IMG/VR virus record: IMGVR_UViG_2703718816_000009
Length of the DNA stretch: 4,084 nt
Direction: 5' to 3' (one strand)
From: a virus
Lineage: Duplodnaviria > Heunggongvirae > Uroviricota > Caudoviricetes
Of the stretch, positions 1-4,084 are shown in pieces; position 1 is the first letter of the stretch; every line of letters begins with the position of its first letter. The position numbers and the translations under genes were made by a program. Under the pieces are notes generated by a model. It worked only from the letters and a program-made list of their open reading frames with translations, searched no databases and had not been told where the DNA came from.

Positions 1-48
1 TCTCCAGGATTTCCGGGGCGGTTCAATCTGATAAACACAGAGGTGACT

Positions 49-309
49 ATGGATTACACAAATCTACCAAAACAAACTTTTGCTGATTTAATCGCACTCA
101 GGCAAGCAGTCGTAGCTCTAATCAACTTGTTGCCGGAGAAGGAAAAGGAATTAGTTAAAGCGCTTCTTAACAGAACTGCCGCCGATTTTTCATCATATCC
201 ACTGACAGATGACCTTGCGGACCTTCCTGAATTAATTGCAGCGTCCGCCATTAAGCTTACTGAAGAGATTTACCCTCCTCAAAAATCTTCACAAAATTCC
301 TGCGAGTAA
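49..309 (+). CDS. Hypothetical small acidic, predicted helical protein (86 aa from ATG 49; ORF track starts at GTG 43); function unknown
   Basis: ATG at 49 preceded by GAGG (40-43) with a 5-nt spacer. The product (MDYTNLPKQTFADLIALRQAVVALINLLPEKEKELVK...) has protein-like composition with about 13 acidic and 8 basic residues and no hydrophobic segment, whereas the antisense ORF 54..251 is Ser/Ala/Arg-rich. TAA at 307-309 is followed about 20 nt later by a strong intrinsic terminator (328-363). The frame is open back to position 1, so a longer N-terminus cannot be excluded. Confidence 0.5.
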   Translation: MDYTNLPKQTFADLIALRQAVVALINLLPEKEKELVKALLNRTAADFSSYPLTDDLADLPELIAASAIKLTEEIYPPQKSSQNSCE

Positions 310-808
310 CTTCAATGCAATAATCGTAAAACGCCGCAAACTGCTCATCGCGGCGTTTTTTTTCATCTTCAGAAGGGATCAGCACCGACAATTTTTTATT
401 CAGATCAGCGACGCTGCCCTCCAGTTTTTCAATGGGCGATTCAATATCATCTTTTTCTGACCGCAATGCCGTCGGTGGCGTCTTCAGAGAACCAGTAATT
501 CTTCCCGGTAGCTTTCCTTTGTAGGTTATCCACACATTCTGCGCCTCTAAAATTATGGGGCGCTTTTCCGGCGACTGCTCATCCCCTACACATAACCCGG
601 CAGCAACATCCAGGAATACCTGTCTGATTCTCATTCTGGCTGCTGCCTCATAAAACTCCAGCGCGGCACCTTCAACACGGTCCAGCGAGATGTCCAGGTC
701 AAAAATTTCACCGTCAAAGCGTTTTTTGTCCCGTAAGGCTACAGTTACCGCCACTTTATTCTCAAAATTGCGGACTCCTTTCACAACCAGTTCATAGTCT
801 TGTGTCAT
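257..808 (-). CDS. DUF1327 / YdfR-like prophage protein with an extra C-terminal extension of roughly 80 aa (183 aa from ATG 808; ORF track gives 190 aa from TTG 829)
   Basis: The N-terminal part (MTQDYELVVKGVRNFENKV...FDGEIFDLD...RVEGAALEFYEAAAR) matches my recollection of YdfR-type proteins that follow the holin in Qin-like prophages. ATG 808 lies 4 nt after the holin stop (813-815), with a purine-rich AGAAGAGAG stretch upstream, suggesting translational coupling. The frame stays open to TAA 257-259. The mid and C-terminal portion contains clustered rare codons (AGA, ATA, CTA, GGG) and resembles nothing I recognise. Confidence 0.6.
   Translation of the reverse strand: MTQDYELVVKGVRNFENKVAVTVALRDKKRFDGEIFDLDISLDRVEGAALEFYEAAARMRIRQVFLDVAAGLCVGDEQSPEKRPIILEAQNVWITYKGKLPGRITGSLKTPPTALRSEKDDIESPIEKLEGSVADLNKKLSVLIPSEDEKKRRDEQFAAFYDYCIEVTRRNFVKIFEEGKSLQ
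328..363 (+). terminator. Rho-independent terminator for the 49..309 gene, weaker in the opposite direction
   Basis: Inverted repeat aaaacgccgc (328-337) / gcggcgtttt (350-359) around a 12-nt loop, followed on the plus strand by a run of eight T (356-363). On the minus strand the same hairpin is followed by only four U. It lies inside the minus-strand ORF 257..808. Confidence 0.6.
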
Positions 809-812
809 TGGA

Positions 813-1028
813 TTACTCTCTTCTCGCAACCTTACGCTTGTCTTCTTTAATCTTGAAATAAAGGTTTGTCAGATACGTCAGCAGGCCAAAAACCAGACTA
901 CCCAGCACACCGATTGCAGCCCACTGTGACGGAGTTACTTTATCGAGTAACTGCAATGCCCAGAAACCAGCATTACCAGCCGATGTGCCATAGGCGATAC
1001 CTGTTGTTAACTTATCCATTGATTTCAT
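813..1028 (-). CDS. essQ: Class II holin (pinholin) of the phage 21 S21 family, EssQ/EssD-like, 71 aa with a dual-start motif
   Basis: Product [71 protein letters not shown]: 71 aa, two hydrophobic segments, charged C-terminal tail, and an N-terminal MKSM dual start (Met1 and Met4) as in the S21 antiholin/holin pair. ATG at 1026-1028 with GAGG immediately upstream. The essQ symbol is assigned from the cspB/cspF/Q context; essD-like would be equally consistent with the protein alone. Confidence 0.8.
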   Translation of the reverse strand: MKSMDKLTTGIAYGTSAGNAGFWALQLLDKVTPSQWAAIGVLGSLVFGLLTYLTNLYFKIKEDKRKVARRE

Positions 1029-1246
1029 ATCCTCACCCCGATGTACACAGATGGTGCAATATGTTTGAAAAGATCGGAGTCTATGGGTTAGTTTTTATAG
1101 CAAACGTTGTTCTCAACGGCGCTAAAAAACAGACACATTAAAAATGTGGGTAATTATTTTAAAAGAAAATCATATATTAAATAATAATACGAGATATGTT
1201 TTCATATTTAGTGTACTGTATACGGCCATTTATACAGGAAAAGCCT

Positions 1247-1417
1247 ATGTCAGAACGTAAAGACTCAAAATCACGCCGTAATTATCTCGTTAAATGTTCC
1301 TGCCCAAACTGCACCCAAGAGTCAGAACACAGTTTTTCAAGAGTACAAAAAGGTGCCCTTTTGATCTGCCCTCATTGCAACAAAGTATTCCAGACAAATC
1401 TTAAAGCTGTAGCTTGA
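1247..1417 (+). CDS. Small zinc-ribbon protein (56 aa; two CxxC pairs), cold-shock-island associated; possibly YnfU-like
   Basis: ATG 1247 preceded by AGGA (1236-1239) with a 7-nt spacer. Product MSERKDSKSRRNYLVKCSCPNCTQESEHSFSRVQKGALLICPHCNKVFQTNLKAVA carries CPNC and CPHC about 19 residues apart, typical of a zinc ribbon. The ORF track starts earlier at ATG 1196 (73 aa) but that start has no SD and the extension is hydrophobic and odd. Stop TGA 1415-1417, then a terminator at 1481-1498. I recall a 56-aa zinc-binding small protein in Qin (YnfU) but cannot confirm identity from memory. Confidence 0.6.
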   Translation: MSERKDSKSRRNYLVKCSCPNCTQESEHSFSRVQKGALLICPHCNKVFQTNLKAVA

Positions 1418-1475
1418 TTGATTTTATTCGTAACAAGTATTTTTTATATTTTAATAACATATTTAAAGCAGATAA

Positions 1476-1500
1476 TAAAAAACCCGCCTGAGCGGGTTTA
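1476..1500. terminator. Bidirectional intrinsic terminator shared by the convergent zinc-ribbon gene (plus) and cspB (minus)
   Basis: aacccgc (1481-1487) / gcgggtt (1492-1498) stem with a ctga loop, flanked by an A-run (1476-1480, a U-run for the minus transcript) and ttaatatt on the plus side. Confidence 0.6.
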
Positions 1501-1780
1501 ATATTGTGGTACTTTTTGTGGGAGTCATCCACTTACGCACTTTGTTTTGCTATGCCAGCAGTTAGCTTCTGCTGTAAAACTATTCATGCAGCAAACCTGC
1601 ACTTCACCACAATGGTTAGCATACTTTTCCTGATTAAGTTATTGCCAAATATGCTGGCCATTGTTTCATGTATTGGACCTCCTTACTATTTATTAAAGAG
1701 ATCCAATATTCACCACTCAGTCTGTATCTCCACTCAGGCATCAGCCTTCTTCGTTATCGTATACAGACAAACTATGAATT

Positions 1781-1996
1781 TTAATCAGTAATTATGACAT
1801 TTGCTGCTGCAGGACCTTTAGCACCACTCTCTACAGAGAAGGTAACCTTTTGACCTTCAAATAAGGTTCGAAAATTATCATTCTGAATCGCAGAAAAATG
1901 CACAAACACATCTTTACTACCATCAACAGGAGAAATAAAGCCAAAACCTTTATCAGCGTTAAACCATTTTACTAAACCAGTCATTTTATTTGACAT
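1781..1996 (-). CDS. cspB: Major cold-shock protein of the CspA family, CspB-like, 71 aa
   Basis: Product [67 protein letters not shown]... has the RNP1 (KGFGFI) and RNP2 (VFVHF) motifs. ATG 1994-1996 with TAAGGAA SD 7 nt upstream. Divergently paired with a cspF-like gene, as in Qin. Assignment to cspB rather than cspG or cspI is by recollection. Confidence 0.85.
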   Translation of the reverse strand: MSNKMTGLVKWFNADKGFGFISPVDGSKDVFVHFSAIQNDNFRTLFEGQKVTFSVESGAKGPAAANVIITD

Positions 1997-2156
1997 TCTA
2001 CATTCCTTAACTTGAGCCTTTCGGCATAAATGGCTTGTATAACAGAAACGACTTCGTACTTAATTGGAGAGACTCAAAGAAGGAATAAGTGAATAACACC
2101 TGAAATGAGAACTGCTTTAGTAAACTACTTCGTATATCGTCTGTTCTTCAAACCGA
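1997..2156 (-). promoter_or_regulatory. Long (about 160 nt) cspB 5' UTR with a cold-box-like element near its 5' end
   Basis: Minus-strand sequence ggtttgaagaacagac...taaagcag (about 2120-2156) resembles the cspA cold-box region (GGTTTGACGTACAGAC...TAAAGCAG). The distance from the proposed start site to the ATG is about 160 nt, consistent with the long UTRs of cold-shock genes. Confidence 0.5.
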
Positions 2157-2162
2157 CGCAAT

Positions 2163-2192
2163 CATTAACGCATAGTTGAACATATGAAGCAA
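2163..2192 (-). promoter_or_regulatory. Putative sigma70 promoter of cspB
   Basis: On the minus strand: -35 TTGCTT (plus coordinates 2187-2192), 18-nt spacer, -10 TTAATG (2163-2168), similar to the cspA -10 context, with an AT-rich UP-like stretch upstream (aaaataaaca). Confidence 0.4.
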
Positions 2193-2237
2193 TGTTTATT
2201 TTAGACATCCAGCCATCTTCAACCCCATCAAAAAACT

Positions 2238-2266
2238 ATAGCTTTCTTCAGGAACGTGTGTATAGT
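2238..2266 (+). promoter_or_regulatory. Possible cspF promoter (-10 TATAGT, weak -35)
   Basis: TATAGT at 2261-2266 about 30 nt upstream of the start codon. No convincing -35 hexamer at the right spacing. Confidence 0.25.
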
Positions 2267-2296
2267 GCGCCCAGTTATCAGTATTAAGGAATTTTT

Positions 2297-2509
2297 TTGT
2301 CCCGTAAAATGACAGGAATTGTCAAAACCTTTGACGGCAAAAGCGGCAAGGGTCTTATCACCCCATCCGATGGTCGTATCGATGTCCAGCTTCATGTTTC
2401 AGCGCTCAATCTCCGCGATGCAGAAGAAATTACCACCGGATTACGCGTGGAATTTTGCCGGATAAATGGTCTGCGTGGCCCTTCAGCTGCCAATGTTTAC
2501 CTTTCATGA
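2297..2509 (+). CDS. cspF: Divergent cold-shock-domain protein, CspF/CspH-like (70 aa), apparently starting at TTG
   Basis: Product [70 protein letters not shown]. The 70-aa form needs TTG at 2297-2299, which has AAGGA (2286-2290) 6 nt upstream; the first in-frame ATG (2309) has no SD. The RNP1/RNP2 aromatic residues are replaced ([17 protein letters not shown]), as in the CspF/CspH subgroup. cspF versus cspH is chosen from the prophage context with cspB. Confidence 0.75.
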
Positions 2510-2563
2510 GCTATATTAAAGCTTTAATTTCAGGCCCCATCGAATCAAACATGGAGAGTTTTC

Positions 2564-2653
2564 ATGAATAACCCCGTCTGTCTTGATGACTGGTTGATTG
2601 GCTTTAAAAGCTTATGCTGTACTTTGACCGTAATAGCTCTGCTAATAATGTAA
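2564..2653 (+). CDS. Candidate small hydrophobic protein (29 aa), [29 protein letters not shown]
   Basis: ATG 2564 preceded by GGAGAG (2553-2558) with a 5-nt spacer. The C-terminal half is hydrophobic (LTVIALLIM), like a single-pass or membrane-associated micro-protein. It sits between cspF and the 2795-2820 terminator. Too short for the ORF track. Confidence 0.3.
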   Translation: MNNPVCLDDWLIGFKSLCCTLTVIALLIM

Positions 2654-2794
2654 TATGCAGACTCATTGTATCTAGGGACATAGTACTGGAAGAAAACATT
2701 TTAAACATCAGGCAAAGTCACCCGATAAATAATAAGTAAACAAACATGAATCCCGGAATGAGATTCAACATCTCTATTACCCTATTTAAAGCAC

Positions 2795-2820
2795 AAAAAC
2801 CCGCTCATCAGCGGGTTTTC
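2795..2820. terminator. Bidirectional intrinsic terminator: tR'-like terminator for the short late-promoter transcript (minus) and terminator for cspF (plus)
   Basis: Perfect 9-bp stem aaacccgct (2797-2805) / agcgggttt (2810-2818) with a 4-nt loop. The plus side is followed by T-rich tctactttttct, and the minus side by a U-run from the A-run at 2795-2799. It lies about 60 nt downstream of the proposed late promoter. Confidence 0.6.
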
Positions 2821-2864
2821 TACTTTTTCTTAACGTCGGGTATATAAAGCCCATCGTTGAAAGA

Positions 2865-2892
2865 ATTTTATCCATATTTTTGAAAAATGCAA
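2865..2892 (-). promoter_or_regulatory. Putative late promoter (pR'-like) immediately downstream of the Q gene
   Basis: On the minus strand: -35 TTGCAT (plus 2887-2892), 16-nt spacer, -10 TAAAAT (plus 2865-2870). It begins about 30 nt after the Q stop codon and is followed by a -10-like TTTATATA in the initial transcribed region and then the 2795-2820 hairpin, matching the lambdoid Q / pR' / tR' layout. Confidence 0.4.
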
Positions 2893-2923
2893 GCATTACG
2901 TCGCCATCTTCGGCGAAAATCAT

Positions 2924-3676
2924 TTATCTCGTCACTTTTCTTAATTGCACCTCAGCATATGCTTCTTCCTGCCAGCACTTTGTAACCAGTTTATCAATGA
3001 CATCTGCATATCCTTTGTACCACTGATAATCAGTCAGGTCTGGTACCAGCTTCTGGACATGACACCGCGCCAGTGTCGTTGGTAAACGACTAAACCGGTT
3101 TCCATTGCAACGCCCACAAATCTTATAAACAGGCGCGCCATGAAGCCGGGTCCTTTTTTCATCCAGGACAATACCTTTACCCTTACACCCTCTGCACGCT
3201 GTGCTGACTTCTCCCTTACCATGACAATGCTGACATAGTTCCTTCACCCACTCTTCCTTGATAACAGACTCCCCGCTTCTGGAGTATTTCACCACTTCGC
3301 GCAATACATTATGAAATCCAGTACCAGCACAAGGCTCACAGCGAGCCTTACTTGCCGCAGACCTGGAATAATCAGCAAAGGCAAAACTCACAAGGTAAGG
3401 GATGATCTGTAACCGGATTTCTTCACTCAATTTGTTCAATGTCGGGTTATCCAGTGCCATCGCGTAATTGAGCAGACCTTCAATCGCAAACTGAGGATCC
3501 TGAACGCCAGCTTTTGCCAGGAATAAGGCAAACCCAAGCGGTGCTTTCGACTGCACCATCCCCTGCGCAGCCATCACATCCGTAATCGTTAAACCACCTG
3601 AGCCTGTCGCCGGTGCGGCATCACTCAATTTTGGAGATTTTGGGGAGTAATATTTTGGTAAGGCTTCAAGGTTCAT
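2924..3676 (-). CDS. quuQ: Late-gene antiterminator, Q family (QuuQ-like), 250 aa from ATG 3676
   Basis: Product MNLEALPKYYSPKSPKLSDAAPATGSGGLTITDVMAAQGMVQSK... with four CxxCxGxG-type cysteine motifs (CEPCAGTG, CQHCHGKG, CRGCKGKG, CGRCNGNR). ATG 3674-3676 has GGAG 7 nt upstream; the ORF-track GTG start at 3718 has no SD and would overlap the upstream gene. Its position directly upstream of a promoter/terminator pair and a holin matches Q of lambdoid phages. Confidence 0.85.
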   Translation of the reverse strand: MNLEALPKYYSPKSPKLSDAAPATGSGGLTITDVMAAQGMVQSKAPLGFALFLAKAGVQDPQFAIEGLLNYAMALDNPTLNKLSEEIRLQIIPYLVSFAFADYSRSAASKARCEPCAGTGFHNVLREVVKYSRSGESVIKEEWVKELCQHCHGKGEVSTACRGCKGKGIVLDEKRTRLHGAPVYKICGRCNGNRFSRLPTTLARCHVQKLVPDLTDYQWYKGYADVIDKLVTKCWQEEAYAEVQLRKVTR

Positions 3677-3689
3677 GCTCGTTCTCCAC

Positions 3690-4084
3690 TTACGCCAGTA
3701 CGCCAATTGCCAGCGCACGATCGATAAAACGAAATATCAGCTCCAGTTGGGAGCCATACTTCTCTTCAAATGTCACGGTATCCGCATGCAGCTCGTCGTG
3801 ATGCTTTCTGCACAAAGGCAACACAAAGAGATCATGCGCTTTTGTACCCATTCCACCCTGACCGTGGCCTATCAGGTGGTGGGGATCATCAGCTGGCTTT
3901 CCACAACATGCGCACGGCTGCGTCTTAACCCAGCGCGTGTACTTTTCATTAACCCAGCGGCGACGTTTGGGGCGTAACATAAAAGACTCCGGCGACTCCG
4001 GATCCACTTTCAGCACCAGCACCTTTTTCGCTTTATCCTGGATGATGCTGGTGGCAGGAACTGAACCGCCCCGATTTTCCTGGA
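3690..4084 (-). CDS. ydfU: C-terminal part of a DUF968 / YdfU-like prophage protein with an HNH-like Cys/His motif; 5' end lies beyond the window
   Basis: The reading frame is open from the window edge (4084) to TAA 3690-3692; the ORF-track 'start' at 4022 is an internal GTG. The C-terminus CACCGKPADDPHHLIGHGQGGMGTKAHDLFVLPLCRKHHDELH looks like an HNH/His-Me finger. It sits immediately upstream of Q, as ydfU does in Qin. Confidence 0.7.
   Translation of the reverse strand, partial: QENRGGSVPATSIIQDKAKKVLVLKVDPESPESFMLRPKRRRWVNEKYTRWVKTQPCACCGKPADDPHHLIGHGQGGMGTKAHDLFVLPLCRKHHDELHADTVTFEEKYGSQLELIFRFIDRALAIGVLA

Noticed and set aside
54-251. Minus-strand ORF (65 aa, MADAAINSGRSARSS...) directly following the DUF1327-like gene
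   Set aside because: Ser/Ala/Arg-rich composition typical of an antisense frame, no SD before its ATG, and it is antisense to the better-supported plus-strand gene 49..309, which has an SD and a terminator. Kept as the alternative hypothesis in finding 1.
236-460. Plus-strand ORF (74 aa, MQRPPLSLLKRFTLLKNLHK...)
   Set aside because: Phe/Ile/Arg-rich low-complexity translation that runs through the terminator hairpin and T-run; it is antisense to the minus-strand coding frame and has no SD.
866-1141. Plus-strand ORF (91 aa) overlapping the holin on the opposite strand
   Set aside because: Antisense to a well-supported holin gene; the composition (His/Tyr/Pro/Arg-rich) is not protein-like and there is no SD.
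1196-1246. Upstream ATG extension of the zinc-ribbon ORF (73-aa version)
   Set aside because: ATG 1196 has no SD and lies in AT-rich promoter-like sequence, and the extension (MFSYLVYCIRPFIQEKP) looks non-native. ATG 1247 has a correctly spaced AGGA.
1504-1791. Plus-strand ORF (95 aa, MWYFLWESSTYALCF...)
   Set aside because: It lies in the cspB 3' region and overlaps the terminator; the product is Cys/Phe/Ile-rich with no start signal and is most likely a chance open frame in AT-rich sequence.
3034-3222. Minus-strand ORF (62 aa) inside the Q gene in another frame
   Set aside because: Fully nested within the Q-like CDS with no independent translation signals; the Q frame is the one with recognisable motifs.
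3677-3718. GTG start at 3718 for the Q-like gene (264-aa version)
   Set aside because: It would overlap the upstream gene's last codons and has no SD, whereas ATG 3676 has GGAG at 7-nt spacing and gives the 250-aa length I recall for this family.
3613-3977. Plus-strand ORFs 3613..3801 and 3675..3977
   Set aside because: Antisense to the Q and DUF968 coding frames, with Ser/Cys-rich or odd composition and no SD; treated as shadow ORFs.
1-4084. CRISPR arrays, tRNA or rRNA genes, IS elements or integrase
   Set aside because: No spaced direct repeats, no cloverleaf-like or rRNA-like sequence, and no transposase or integrase-like ORF were seen. The only repeated element is the shared terminator stem noted in the findings.

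Overview
This window reads as the late-control and lysis-proximal segment of a lambdoid (Qin-like) Escherichia coli prophage, with the late operon on the minus strand. From high to low coordinates: the C-terminal part of a DUF968/YdfU-like protein with an HNH-like Cys/His motif (3690..4084, runs off the window), a Q-family late antiterminator (QuuQ-like, 2924..3676), a candidate late promoter and tR'-like hairpin terminator (2795..2892), a cargo island with divergent cold-shock genes (cspF-like on plus, cspB-like on minus with a long cold-box 5' UTR), a convergent 56-aa zinc-ribbon gene (1247..1417), then a 71-aa dual-start S21-type pinholin (813..1028) coupled to a DUF1327/YdfR-like gene carrying an unexpected C-terminal extension (257..808). 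No endolysin is present. Instead, the left end holds a convergent plus-strand ORF for a small acidic protein (49..309) with its own strong intrinsic terminator lying inside the extended minus-strand reading frame. I consider that left-end arrangement the least explained part of the window. No rRNA, tRNA, CRISPR array, IS element or integrase was seen. All calls rest on reading the sequence and recalled family knowledge; no searches were run.
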